The notes: generated by a model from the letters alone, not told the origin. Counted from the first letter of the stretch, positions 24,606 to 35,277 are shown. The stretch is DNA of 64,000 nucleotides from Cyclobacteriaceae bacterium (GCA_039961455.1 JBDVJN010000097.1:1049-65048); one strand, 5' to 3'. A program made the numbers and translations.

Positions 24606-25196
24606 CTAAAAGCTGTAAGCTAATCCCGCATTTAGCGTTAGGGGTACCGTTAGAGTATTCTCTGTAAACACAAGGTCTGTTCTCAACTTGATAGGAACTG
24701 AAAGGCTTTCATTTAATTCGAACTTATAACCTGCTCCAATTCCTATTGCAGCATCGGTTTTTCCATCAAAGAAATATGCTCCTACTCCCCCTTCAATAAG
24801 GAGGCTTTTCTCTGGATGTAATCTTGCCATCAACATTGCCCTAGTTGCTTCTACTTCATTCTCGATGAAGATGCTTCCTATAACAGCAGTGTAAAACAAC
24901 ATATATGTATAGCCATATTCTGCACCCACACTTACAAAATCATTCCCTACTAAGAAGGCCTGTATGCTATAACCGGAAGCGAATGTTTCCCAATCTGCCA
25001 GGGGAATTCCGGCTAACTTTTCTACATCCACCAAGGTACTGCCAACTCCTCCATATACTTCCAATGATCGTTGGGCTTCAGACTGATGTGGCGCTACTAG
25101 TACCAAAAAGGAAGCAATGATGAAAAAGGACGATAGTGTAAGCCTTTTACAAACACAGGCAAAAAGTCGGGGTTTTAATATGCTGCTTTTGTTCAT
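24606..25196 (-). CDS. small outer-membrane beta-barrel protein
   Basis: Signal peptide ending in AQ, alternating beta-strand pattern and C-terminal ..AGLAYSF. ATG 25196 is preferred. The ORF opens at GTG 25232. Confidence 0.55.
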   Translation of the reverse strand: MNKSSILKPRLFACVCKRLTLSSFFIIASFLVLVAPHQSEAQRSLEVYGGVGSTLVDVEKLAGIPLADWETFASGYSIQAFLVGNDFVSVGAEYGYTYMLFYTAVIGSIFIENEVEATRAMLMARLHPEKSLLIEGGVGAYFFDGKTDAAIGIGAGYKFELNESLSVPIKLRTDLVFTENTLTVPLTLNAGLAYSF

Positions 25197-25582
25197 GAAA
25201 TTTAGTTTTTCCATAAACCTATGCACAAGCACCCTTATCCGTTCTTTTCAATAAATAAAAAAAGTTCATCTAACGCTAAGGTGAACTTTCTTCTCGCGAA
25301 GTGAACTTATGAAGGCCTTGGAAAGCATTCCTTTTCCAAAAGTCACCGGCACAATAAAGATTCATATGTCCCACACCTTCCGTGAGTTTCTAATGTAGGA
25401 ACTTCCTTCTTACCAACTCTCTGGAATGGTCTTTTCGATTGGGTACTAAATCAACTTGCTACACTAGGTAGTCAACCTCTATTTCAATCAATTCGAATTA
25501 TAGCTATTTTTATTCTCCTAAGTTAAAGGCACCTTAACCAGTTCAATATCTTGTAGACTGAAATGCGAAAGATGACTTAAGT

Positions 25583-26713
25583 ATGGTGGATATTATCTTC
25601 ATAATAGGAATATTTATATCACTATTTTACTTTATTCTACTACTCGGCAAAAAGAATAAATCACTACCAGACAGTATCCTATCTGTCTGGATGCTGGTAA
25701 TTAGCATCCATCTTACCAACTACTATTTATATTCTGAAGGATACTGGGATGTATACCCACACCTTGTTGGTATTACCGTTCCACTCCCATTCCTTTATGG
25801 CTCGTTACTCTATTTATACATATACCATTCTGTCAATAATCATCACCGGCTAAGGAAGCAAGACTACCTTCATTTCCTTCCAGTTATTAGTACTTACCTG
25901 TACATGTTTCGATTTTACTTTTTCTATTCTGAAGAAGAAAAGCGGTTGGTAGACAAGGGAGTGGTAGATGATTTCGGAACTTTCTCCAATGTTCTGGTGG
26001 TAGCATTTATCGTTTCGGGAATCGCTTATTCTGTTTATGCCTATCGACTGTTAAGGAAACACAAATCACTAATCAACAATAATTTTTCTAACACCGAGAG
26101 AATCAATCTTAATTGGCTTAGAAGTTTTATCTGGGGAGTAGGGCTTATCTTCCTTTCCGTAATCATAGTCCTCATTACGCGAGACTTCATGAAACTTACC
26201 TATCCTTTTAATCCTGATTTTATTTTTTATTCAATCATCGTCTTTGGGATTCTCAGTTTAGGATATTTTGGCATACGTCATCAAAATATATTTACAGATA
26301 ATGTGGTAATTGAAATAGAAGAAAAAACAAAAGCCACCTATCAAAAATCAAGTTTAAAAGAGGATCAGGCTATTGCAAAGCACGACTCTCTTGTGGATTT
26401 AATGGTTAACCAAAAACCATATCTCGACCCCAATTTGACTTTAAACTCTCTGGCTAATTGCCTGGAAATTTCCCCGCATCATCTCTCTCAAATTATAAAT
26501 CAGTTTGAGGAGCAAAACTTCAATGACTTTGTTAATAAATATCGGGTTGAGGAATTTATTTCCAGAGCCACACAAGTCAGTCATTTAAGTTTTCTTGGAT
26601 TAGCTCTGGACGCAGGTTTCAACTCCAAGTCAACTTTTAATACAGTGTTTAAAAAACACAAAGGAGTCACTCCCTCTCAATTCATGTCATCCCATTCTTC
26701 TAAAGCAGCTTAG
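25583..26713 (+). CDS. polytopic-membrane AraC-family regulator
   Basis: About 230 aa containing six or seven hydrophobic segments, then a C-terminal AraC HTH (LNSLANCLEISPHHLSQIIN..LALDAGFNSKSTFNTVFKKHKGVTPSQF). Confidence 0.8.
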   Translation: MVDIIFIIGIFISLFYFILLLGKKNKSLPDSILSVWMLVISIHLTNYYLYSEGYWDVYPHLVGITVPLPFLYGSLLYLYIYHSVNNHHRLRKQDYLHFLPVISTYLYMFRFYFFYSEEEKRLVDKGVVDDFGTFSNVLVVAFIVSGIAYSVYAYRLLRKHKSLINNNFSNTERINLNWLRSFIWGVGLIFLSVIIVLITRDFMKLTYPFNPDFIFYSIIVFGILSLGYFGIRHQNIFTDNVVIEIEEKTKATYQKSSLKEDQAIAKHDSLVDLMVNQKPYLDPNLTLNSLANCLEISPHHLSQIINQFEEQNFNDFVNKYRVEEFISRATQVSHLSFLGLALDAGFNSKSTFNTVFKKHKGVTPSQFMSSHSSKAA

Positions 26714-26849
26714 TCGGCTTTTGTATTATTGACAATTATCGTTTAATGTCCATCCCAATAATTCCGAACCAACAATGAGTCTCGAATTATAGGATCGGGC
26801 GATTTGGAGTTGAAAATGCGGGCTATTTGTTTCAAAAAACAATAGCGAC

Positions 26850-29213
26850 ATGATTATCAAACATAGAATAACAAAGATCTTATTCGTTTTCGTATGTATC
26901 ATAAATTTTGCGGAAGCGTCGTTTTCCCAAACGGTCACACAAACGGTCAAAGGAAAAGTAATCGACCAAAGCACTTATGAAGGTTTAATTGGGGCTCATG
27001 TAATTCTTCAGGATTCAGACCCAATTGTAGGGACATCAACAGATATAGATGGGTCATTTACTTTGCAAAATATTCCCGTTGGAAGACAGAGTTTTGAAAT
27101 CAGGATGGTTGGGTATGAAAGTTCTTTTGTGAAAGAAATTCTCATTGGTTCAGGTAAAGAAGTGGTGCTTGATATTGCCTTGAAAGAGGTAGCAACCAGC
27201 CTGACTGAGGTGGTTTTTGTATACAAAAGAGAAAGGGACAAAGCCATTAATGATATGGCTACCTTGAGTAGTAGACAATTCACTGTGGAGGAGACGCAGC
27301 GCTATGCAGGCGGTTTAAATGATCCTGCTCGTCTGGTCTCTTCATTTGCTGGAGTGGCAGCTCCCTCCATTAGTAGCAATGGTATTTCCGTTCGTGGTAA
27401 TAGTCCGGCAGGTCTTTTATGGAGAATAGAAGGTGTAGAAGTTCCCAGTCCCAATCATTTTGCTGACCTGACGATCGCGGGAGCAGGACTTATGACAGTT
27501 CTAAGTAGTCAGATGATGAGTAATAGCGATTTTTATACAGGTGCATTCCCATCTGAGTATGGTAACGCTACTTCAGGCATATTTGACATCAATCTGCGAT
27601 CAGGCAATTCCTCCAAAAGGGAAAACACCATACAGGCAGGACTACTTGGGGTAGATTTTGCAACAGAAGGTCCTTTGAAAAAAGGTTATGAAGCCTCTTA
27701 CTTACTCAATTACAGGTATTCCACGTTGGCACTTATAGGTTCATTTTTACCAAGTGACGCTGGTATTCTTAAATATCAAGATTTGTCATTCAAGGCTAAT
27801 ATGCCTACCAAAAGCGCCGGAACATTTTCGCTTTGGAGTATAGGCGCACATGATGCGATCGATACTGAGGCACTCGACTCCACAGAATGGGAAGCCAAAT
27901 CAGATAGAGAAAATTCGCAAACAGCTATGTACATGTTTGCCTCCGGACTTAATCACAAGGTAGTTTTGAATCCCACGCATTCTCTTAATACGTCGCTCGC
28001 TTTTTCAGGAAATGGCTTGTCATTCAAAGAGCAATATTTAGATGATGATCTTCAGGAACATCTACAATCGGACGCTCATAAGGACAATTATAAACTTACT
28101 TTACAATCTAGCTTAACTTCCTACTTGAGCGATAACCATATCAATCAATCCGGGTTTTACATCAATAACCTGGGTTATAATTTAGACATTGATCACGCAG
28201 AAACTGCAGAGGCTTTGCCCGAGAACATTGTCAACGAAAATGGACATTCTCTTTTACTTCAGTTTTATAGTCAATCTCAATTGTTCCTATCATCGAAACT
28301 CACCCTAAACGCTGGATTTCATTCTCAATATTTTCGTTTGAATGAAGAATTTTCGTTTGAACCCAGGATCGGTCTTAACTACCAATTAAACACAAAAAGT
28401 AATCTGGCTTTAGCTTATGGTTTACACAGCAAAACTGAATCGCTTGCACTTTATTTCCTCAAAGACGATTTGGGTAATCAACCCAACAAGCAACTGGAAT
28501 TGATGAAATCAAACCATTTGGTGTTGTCCTTTAATTCAATGCTAACTGAAAACTTAAGATTGAGTGTCGACCCATACTATCAATATCTGAATGATGTTCC
28601 GGTGTCGCCAAACAGCTATATATCCACCGTCAATGCACAGGACATTCTATTTTTCAATCATGTCTTGGTAAGCAAAGGCACAGGTAGAAATGTAGGTGTG
28701 GATTTGACGCTGGAACGCTACCTGAGCAAAGGGCTGTACTATCTATTGTCTACTTCGATTTTTGATTCAAAGTACACAGCAAATGATGGCATCGAACGTA
28801 ATACCCGATTCAATAAAAACTATGTATTGAATGCATTAGTCGGAAAGGAGTGGCAAGTAGGCCAAAACTATAACAATACCTTTAGTGCCAATTTCCGACT
28901 CAATTATCTCGGCGGTAACAGAATAGAATCCATCGACAGACAAAGTTCTCTGGATCAGCAAGATGTTGTTTATAGAGAAACTGATGGAGAACTATCGTTT
29001 TCAAAAAAACATCAAGATACTCCTATTGTATCCTTCACCCTATCGTACAGAAAGAACAAACCAAATCACTCCTCAGTATGGGCCTTACAAGTATTGAATA
29101 TTGGTCAAACGAAGGAATTTGAATCGGATATTTTTAACACAAATACTCAGATGACTGAGCAAAAATATGCCAGGATAATGGTTCCAAATCTGAGCTACAA
29201 AATTGAGTTCTAG
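26850..29213 (+). CDS. TonB-dependent receptor (CarboxypepD_reg + plug + barrel)
   Basis: VKGKVIDQSTYEGLIGAHVIL..DIDGSFTLQNIPVG, plug VEETQRYAGGLNDPARLVSSFAGV, and C-terminal LSYKIEF. Confidence 0.85.
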   Translation: MIIKHRITKILFVFVCIINFAEASFSQTVTQTVKGKVIDQSTYEGLIGAHVILQDSDPIVGTSTDIDGSFTLQNIPVGRQSFEIRMVGYESSFVKEILIGSGKEVVLDIALKEVATSLTEVVFVYKRERDKAINDMATLSSRQFTVEETQRYAGGLNDPARLVSSFAGVAAPSISSNGISVRGNSPAGLLWRIEGVEVPSPNHFADLTIAGAGLMTVLSSQMMSNSDFYTGAFPSEYGNATSGIFDINLRSGNSSKRENTIQAGLLGVDFATEGPLKKGYEASYLLNYRYSTLALIGSFLPSDAGILKYQDLSFKANMPTKSAGTFSLWSIGAHDAIDTEALDSTEWEAKSDRENSQTAMYMFASGLNHKVVLNPTHSLNTSLAFSGNGLSFKEQYLDDDLQEHLQSDAHKDNYKLTLQSSLTSYLSDNHINQSGFYINNLGYNLDIDHAETAEALPENIVNENGHSLLLQFYSQSQLFLSSKLTLNAGFHSQYFRLNEEFSFEPRIGLNYQLNTKSNLALAYGLHSKTESLALYFLKDDLGNQPNKQLELMKSNHLVLSFNSMLTENLRLSVDPYYQYLNDVPVSPNSYISTVNAQDILFFNHVLVSKGTGRNVGVDLTLERYLSKGLYYLLSTSIFDSKYTANDGIERNTRFNKNYVLNALVGKEWQVGQNYNNTFSANFRLNYLGGNRIESIDRQSSLDQQDVVYRETDGELSFSKKHQDTPIVSFTLSYRKNKPNHSSVWALQVLNIGQTKEFESDIFNTNTQMTEQKYARIMVPNLSYKIEF

Positions 29214-29465
29214 CAACGATAACAGTTCTAGACATTTGAGGTGAACTTCATACGCTGGCAAAATCAGATGAAGAAAGACAAGTTCAGAATGTGCCTATTA
29301 AGTGCCTAGGTCACACTGAAAGTCACAATCGCTTCAAGAGTTGATATATCTCATAAAGTCGCCAACTATATCTCATCATTATGATTGAATACTGGGGATA
29401 ACTTGGGGTGTAGAATTCGCTGTAGATCCAGTTGAATCCATTGTGAAAATAAAATATCCTTCAAA

Positions 29466-30380
29466 ATGAAAAAGAATAAAGTATGGGTGGTACCAATTGA
29501 TTTTTCACCCATTGATAAAGTGGTTATAGGCTATACAAAATATCTTGCAGCCCTTCAAAGTCCTGAAAAAGTCTTATTTGTCAACGTTGTAAAAGAATTC
29601 AAACCGTCTTTTTTTTCAGAATTTCAGGGTTTTCAAGAGCAAATTCTTGTCGATCAAAAGCTAAGACTTGAGAACAAAGTCGACACGCATTTCAAAGATG
29701 CAGGCGTACCGTACGAGTGCCACATCATATCTGGAACACCGTTTGAAGAAGTGATAGGTCTTGTACTCAATAAGTCCGGTTCCCTTGTAATTCTTGGTAG
29801 GAAGAAGATATCAAGTGGTTCAGGTATTGTGTCGGATAGGTTGTCTCGAAATTTGCCTTGCGACATGCTCTTAGTACCCGAAGGTTTTGAGCCGAAACTA
29901 AACAAAGTTCTCGTCACCACAGATTTCTCTGAACATGCCGACCTGGCAATGGCAGAGGCTCTGGAATTATTGAATAAAGAAGAAGACGAGAAAGAAGTGA
30001 TTGAACTATTTGCTCATCACAGCTATAGTGTTCCTCCTGAGTACTCCAAGCTTGGTAAAACAGAGGAGGAGTTTGCCGAAACTATGAGACTTAATGCTGA
30101 GAAAGAAATGTCCAAATGGCTTAGAAAATACGATTCTGATATCTCGCCAATTCTGACATTACAAGAAGGATCTTCGTTCGCTAAACAGGTGATCGATCAG
30201 GTTGAAAAGCAGGAGATAGACCTTATTGTGATGGGTTCAAAGGGGCAAACAGTAGCTTCTTTAGCACTTTTAGGGAGCAATACAATGAAAGTGTTAAAGG
30301 CGGATCCTCAGGTACCCGTATGGATCGCGAAAAAACCTGGTGAAAATATGAGCTTCATTAACGCCATAAGGAAAACATAA
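29466..30380 (+). CDS. tandem universal stress protein (2 x Usp domains)
   Basis: Two Usp halves (VVPIDFS..LVILGRK and VLVTTDFSEHA..DLIVMGSKGQT..LLGSNT). Confidence 0.85.
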   Translation: MKKNKVWVVPIDFSPIDKVVIGYTKYLAALQSPEKVLFVNVVKEFKPSFFSEFQGFQEQILVDQKLRLENKVDTHFKDAGVPYECHIISGTPFEEVIGLVLNKSGSLVILGRKKISSGSGIVSDRLSRNLPCDMLLVPEGFEPKLNKVLVTTDFSEHADLAMAEALELLNKEEDEKEVIELFAHHSYSVPPEYSKLGKTEEEFAETMRLNAEKEMSKWLRKYDSDISPILTLQEGSSFAKQVIDQVEKQEIDLIVMGSKGQTVASLALLGSNTMKVLKADPQVPVWIAKKPGENMSFINAIRKT

Positions 30381-30470
30381 ATTACTAGCATTATTTACTC
30401 GTAGTCGAAATTACGCAGGAATGCTAAGTGGCAGCGGATCAAATACTTTATTGGAAATACCTTTGAGATC

Positions 30471-31745
30471 ATGAAAATCACAACAGCGAAAGAAGCGCTC
30501 TCTGTAATAAAGTCTGGGGATAATGTATTTGTGCATAGTGCTGCCATGACGCCGGCGGCACTGCTTAAATCATTTTCAAAGAATTGCTCCGTAGAAGATA
30601 TCAGTCTCATCCATATTCATACGGAGGGAGATGCAGATTACATTAGCGATGTTTCTAGTCCATACACACTCTATAGTTGTTTCGTAGGAGCCAACGTTCG
30701 GAAATCCATCAACGAGAACGAACGAGCCAATTACATCCCTGTTTTTCTTAGCGAAATTTATCAGGTGCTTCAATCGGGGGACCACAAGGTGGATGTTGCC
30801 ATGCTTAAAGTTTCTCCACCGGATGCGCATGGGTATTGCTCATTGGGTACATCCGTAGATGTTTCCTTAGCAGCAATCGAAGCAGCCAAACATGTAATCG
30901 TTGAGATTAACCCGGATGTGCCTCGCGTACATGGGGATGGTTTTATTCATGTGAATCAGATTGATTTTGGCGTAGAGAGCGACGACCCAATGTTCACTGT
31001 GCCTTCAAAAATTCTCTCTGATGAGGAAAAGCAAATAGGTAAACATGTTGCAGCATTAATTGAAGATGGATCCACCCTTCAAATGGGAATTGGCGGAATT
31101 CCTGATGCGGTACTGGCACAACTAGGTAATCACAAAGACCTTGGTATCCATACGGAAATGTTCTCTGATGGTATTTTACCTCTTGTAGAAAAGGGAGTAA
31201 TTAACGGGAAATACAAAAAAGTGCTACCTGGCAAAATCGTTAGTTGCTTTTCTATTGGTTCCAAAAAACTCTATGATTTCATCGATAATAATCCGGCAAT
31301 TGAATTCAAGGCAGCTTCCTTCACCAATGACACAGCAATAATTCGAAAAAACCCTAAGGTGATTGCCATAAATAGTGCAATAGAAATCGATTTGACCGGT
31401 CAGGTTTGTGCAGACACCATCGGCACTTATCAATACTCTGGAGTGGGTGGGCAAATGGATTTCATTCGGGGTGCCTCGCTCTCCCAAGGGGGAAAACCAA
31501 TCATTGCCCTAAGTTCATGCACACGAAAAGGTGAAAGCAAAATTGCCCCACTCTTAAAACCTGGTGCTGGCGTAACAACCACCAGAGCACATGTACACTG
31601 GGTGGTCACAGAATTCGGAGCTGTCAACTTGTTTGGAAAGGATCTGGTAGAAAGAGCCAAATTATTGACTTCGATTGCTCATCCAGACCATCGCGAAATG
31701 CTAATAAGAGCCGCTTCAGAACGGTATCATCAAAACGGGTTTTGA
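30471..31745 (+). CDS. acetyl-CoA hydrolase/transferase family protein (4-hydroxybutyrate CoA-transferase-like)
   Basis: LQMGIGGIPDAVL, HTEMFSDG and YSGVGGQMDFIRGA blocks. Confidence 0.9.
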   Translation: MKITTAKEALSVIKSGDNVFVHSAAMTPAALLKSFSKNCSVEDISLIHIHTEGDADYISDVSSPYTLYSCFVGANVRKSINENERANYIPVFLSEIYQVLQSGDHKVDVAMLKVSPPDAHGYCSLGTSVDVSLAAIEAAKHVIVEINPDVPRVHGDGFIHVNQIDFGVESDDPMFTVPSKILSDEEKQIGKHVAALIEDGSTLQMGIGGIPDAVLAQLGNHKDLGIHTEMFSDGILPLVEKGVINGKYKKVLPGKIVSCFSIGSKKLYDFIDNNPAIEFKAASFTNDTAIIRKNPKVIAINSAIEIDLTGQVCADTIGTYQYSGVGGQMDFIRGASLSQGGKPIIALSSCTRKGESKIAPLLKPGAGVTTTRAHVHWVVTEFGAVNLFGKDLVERAKLLTSIAHPDHREMLIRAASERYHQNGF

Positions 31746-31856
31746 GATTCCAACTCTTCCATTCTTGACTGATAAGATACAGGTGCAGAACTGACAAATC
31801 TCCATTATCCGGTTGCGTAACAGGGTTAATTTGGATAGCATAAAAATTTGATCATT

Positions 31857-32708
31857 ATGAGACGAATTCTAGTTCCAACCGACTTTTCAAAACTATCTGA
31901 ACATGCCCTGAGCTTTGCAGCTCATATAGCCAAAAACATTGGCGCAGAAGTATCCATAATTCACCTGGAAGATTTGCCATTGGGCGACACCTCCCTTCAC
32001 TTAACTGGGGAAGCGAAGAAATCGGGATTCACCGAAGATGTTCTGTTTGAAGCTCAGCTATTACGGACCAACAAGACGAAACTTATCGAACTGTCTGAAA
32101 AATATACCAAAGACGGAGTTGTAGTAACCGGGCAACAGTTCGGCGGAGGATTCTTAAAAGGGATTGAGCATTACGTTGAAAAAAATGGAGCTGACCTTAT
32201 AGTGATGGGTACCACTGGGGAGGAGAGCATACAAGAGCTTTTTTCTGGTAATCACACCGAACAGCTGATTGAGCACCTTGATGTTCCGGTATTGTCTATC
32301 CAACATGAAGTGGATAAAAACATAAAGGATATTGTCCTGGGCCTTGATCTACTTGATGAAAAGTATACAAAAAAAGCTTTCCCAATGATCAAAATCTTGA
32401 GTGAAAGTCTTGATGCACATGTACATGTTATCAATGTGGTGACCGATGGAGAACCGCTCAGCTTAATGAGCGATCTAAATAAGTTAGCCCGTGGGGTTGG
32501 GCTAAAGAATTATGTAGTGGATGTTATAAGGTCAAAAAATGAAAACGAGGCATTGATGGATTTCGCTGATCAAGTACGAGCTGGATTGATCATTACTTTA
32601 TCCGAGGCACGTTCTGGTTTGTACAGGTTCTTTCAGCATTCGTTTGCCACTAAAATGACTAAGACATCTTCAATTCCAGTGTTGACAATAAACAAGCGTA
32701 ACACATAG
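31857..32708 (+). CDS. tandem universal stress protein (2 x Usp domains)
   Basis: MRRILVPTDFSKLSEHAL..DLIVMGTTGEE.. plus a second half. The track start at 31848 is TTG, so ATG 31857 is preferred. Confidence 0.85.
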   Translation: MRRILVPTDFSKLSEHALSFAAHIAKNIGAEVSIIHLEDLPLGDTSLHLTGEAKKSGFTEDVLFEAQLLRTNKTKLIELSEKYTKDGVVVTGQQFGGGFLKGIEHYVEKNGADLIVMGTTGEESIQELFSGNHTEQLIEHLDVPVLSIQHEVDKNIKDIVLGLDLLDEKYTKKAFPMIKILSESLDAHVHVINVVTDGEPLSLMSDLNKLARGVGLKNYVVDVIRSKNENEALMDFADQVRAGLIITLSEARSGLYRFFQHSFATKMTKTSSIPVLTINKRNT

Positions 32709-32748
32709 CAAAGCGGATATTAAAGGAAAATGAGCACAATCCATTGGA

Positions 32749-33924
32749 TCAGTAGGGTAGATTGTCCAGCAAAAATCGTTTGACATTTCCACCCATCACC
32801 TTGCGGATGTCTTCCTCTGAAATTGCTAGTTTCAACATTTCCTCGACATATAATGGCATCCCGGTGATATCAGTGTGCGTTCTAATGGCCCCATCGAAAT
32901 CAGAACCTAGCGCTACGTAGTCTGCTCCCACCAGGTCAATGCAGTATTTTATAGATCTGGCGGTTGCCGCTGGAGTAGCTCCGCAGGTAGCTGGTTCAAA
33001 CATCGCAATACCGATCAGCCCTTTGGACTCCGCAATTTTCATGAGGTGCGCATCACTGAGATTCCTAACCGTCTCGCAATCCCCCTGGGCTCCTGTATGA
33101 GAAGAAACAACTGGTCCGCTCTCCATCTCAAAAATTTCGTCAATGAGTTTTGTAGAAGAATGAGATATATCAAGAATAATTCGTTTCTCACGTAATTTTC
33201 GAATCGCTTTTCTACCAAAATCCGTCAGGCCCTCGTGAAGTACTCCATGGGCTGAGCTGCCCAGTTTGTTATCAAAAAAATGAGTTGGTGACATCATCCG
33301 AACGCCCGCATCAAACAACTTGTCAATATTGTCAAGATTCCCGTTGATCGCATGCATCCCCTCGATTCCTAAAAATCCTGCGGTTATGTTCTTGTTTTGT
33401 TTCTTAGCAATCAGATAGGTGTTCAAGTCTGCAACCGACTTTATGATACTGAATGAACTCTCAGATTCTGACTCAAATTCGCGCAACGCTTCACATTGGG
33501 CTATGGCTCTTTCGCAGAGATCAAACCAGGAAGAGATTGGCCTCCCTTGCAAAATATAGGGAAGTGTTATTTGATCTGTATCTCCTGTATTCTTGTCGAA
33601 GTTCATGTCCTTCGGCGATTTCGTCACAATGGTAAACCCTTGTATACCGATATTGGCATCTAACATTCTGGGGATATCTACCGCACCAAAATCATTCCTC
33701 ACAAGAAGATCACGTTTCCATAATAATGCATCGCAATGAAGATCGGCAACGAAATCCAGAGAATTGTAAAGCCTCTGCGCTCTTTCGGAAACTGTATAAG
33801 GTGGCGCTAAAGCAATGGAATTGAATTTTTGATCAAGCTTTGGTGGAAGAAGTATTGTGATCAACACATAGATTATAACTAGGGACATGCCAACTATGGC
33901 AGTGATTTTTGCTGATTTCTTCAT
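32749..33924 (-). CDS. membrane dipeptidase (peptidase family M19)
   Basis: DLHCDALLW, DISHSS and LGSDFDG motifs with an N-terminal membrane anchor. Confidence 0.85.
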   Translation of the reverse strand: MKKSAKITAIVGMSLVIIYVLITILLPPKLDQKFNSIALAPPYTVSERAQRLYNSLDFVADLHCDALLWKRDLLVRNDFGAVDIPRMLDANIGIQGFTIVTKSPKDMNFDKNTGDTDQITLPYILQGRPISSWFDLCERAIAQCEALREFESESESSFSIIKSVADLNTYLIAKKQNKNITAGFLGIEGMHAINGNLDNIDKLFDAGVRMMSPTHFFDNKLGSSAHGVLHEGLTDFGRKAIRKLREKRIILDISHSSTKLIDEIFEMESGPVVSSHTGAQGDCETVRNLSDAHLMKIAESKGLIGIAMFEPATCGATPAATARSIKYCIDLVGADYVALGSDFDGAIRTHTDITGMPLYVEEMLKLAISEEDIRKVMGGNVKRFLLDNLPY

Positions 33925-33967
33925 TTGATAGTGTAAAAGAAATTTTCTTTGTGATAGGTAAAAATTG

Positions 33968-35215
33968 TCATTTCAATTCAATGATTTCCCCATCTTTCAT
34001 CACTAGTTCTATGTTGTAGAGGTCACTAATGTTTTTTTCAGGATTTCCTTTAACAACAATAACATCAGCCAAAAAGCCTGCCTTTAACTGCCCAAGACTT
34101 TTCAAACCAAAGGCCTGTGCATTGACAGAAGTAACGGATCTAAGCACGTTGATTTCTTTCATTCCGTAATCAGCCATCAACTCCAATTCCCTTACATTTT
34201 CTCCATGTTCAAACACACCAACATCCCCTCCAGCCACAATAGTCACTCCACTGTTTAGTACTCGCTTAAACATAGCTCGCTTACTCTTAATGGCTTCTGG
34301 CTCGGTTTCATCTCTCCCGTCCCACCCTCCAAAGTATTGCTGAATTGAATGTGTGGCAGCCAGTGTCGGACAAAGGGCTACCCCTCTTTCTTTCATAAGT
34401 TGCAATACTTCATTGGAGACATCTGATCCATGTTCGATGGTTTTAACACCCGCCAAGGTTGCTCGTCGCATTCCTTCATTGGTGGCAGCATGAGCCACCA
34501 CATCTCTGCCACTGCTAGCTGCTGTTTCAACGATTAGTTTAAGTTCTTCAATCGAAAATGTAGGTCTGGCCTCTCCGTTTGGGCCCCATCGGTAATCAGC
34601 ATATACCTTGACAAAATCAGCACCTTTCCCGATCTGATCTCGGACCACTGTTTGTAAATTGGCGCCATCAGCAGGCTCTGCTCCAAGAGGGACCTCAAAA
34701 TCGGGGTGAAACCCTTTTGGCCCGTAGCTGCCCGTTGCAACAATTGCTCGACCCGCGACGAGCATTCGGGGGCCTTCGATGATTCCAAGTTCAATACTTT
34801 GCTTTATACCAACGTCCGCATATCCTGCTCCCTCAGATCCCAAGTCTCTGATTGTAGTAAATCCTGCGTAAAGATTTTTGGTTGCCATCTTAGCTCCTCT
34901 AATCGCTCGAAGGCTTCTTGATTCTTTGAGCACCTGGTCGTTCCAACCGGCTCGGTTGTATGGGTACAAAAGCACATGTGAATGACCTTCGATCATACCC
35001 GGCATTAATGTACTTCCTGAGAAATGAATGGTGCTGTCACTTTTCGAAAGTTTGCTAATAGCATTTACTTCGATAATAACATTTCCCTCCACAACAACGC
35101 CCCAGTTTGTCTGGACATTAATTCCGTCAAAAAGCCGGTCAGCAGTGATCGTGATTTTTTGAGCAGATAGAAAATAGGATGAAAGCAGAAGGGTGATGAG
35201 GGTCAGGTTTCGCAT
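33968..35215 (-). CDS. amidohydrolase-family metallohydrolase (secreted)
   Basis: Signal peptide, GMIEGHSHV (HxH), ..VVAHA.. and TIEHGS blocks. Confidence 0.85.
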   Translation of the reverse strand: MRNLTLITLLLSSYFLSAQKITITADRLFDGINVQTNWGVVVEGNVIIEVNAISKLSKSDSTIHFSGSTLMPGMIEGHSHVLLYPYNRAGWNDQVLKESRSLRAIRGAKMATKNLYAGFTTIRDLGSEGAGYADVGIKQSIELGIIEGPRMLVAGRAIVATGSYGPKGFHPDFEVPLGAEPADGANLQTVVRDQIGKGADFVKVYADYRWGPNGEARPTFSIEELKLIVETAASSGRDVVAHAATNEGMRRATLAGVKTIEHGSDVSNEVLQLMKERGVALCPTLAATHSIQQYFGGWDGRDETEPEAIKSKRAMFKRVLNSGVTIVAGGDVGVFEHGENVRELELMADYGMKEINVLRSVTSVNAQAFGLKSLGQLKAGFLADVIVVKGNPEKNISDLYNIELVMKDGEIIELK

Positions 35216-35242
35216 GGATTCTTAGTTTGGAACTAAGATATG

Positions 35243-35277
35243 AAAAAAGCCTTATCCGCTAAGAGTGGATAAGGCTT
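35243..35277 (-). terminator. rho-independent terminator of the ECF operon
   Basis: Perfect 11-bp stem AAGCCTTATCC (35247-57) / GGATAAGGCTT (35267-77). On the minus strand it is followed by TTTTTT. Confidence 0.8.

Noticed and set aside
29341-29354. FNR/Crp-like half-site TTGAT-N4-CTCAT upstream of the first USP gene, and TTGAT-N4-ATGAG near 31848
   Set aside because: Only one half of the TTGAT-N4-ATCAA palindrome is present at each site. That is too weak to call a binding site.
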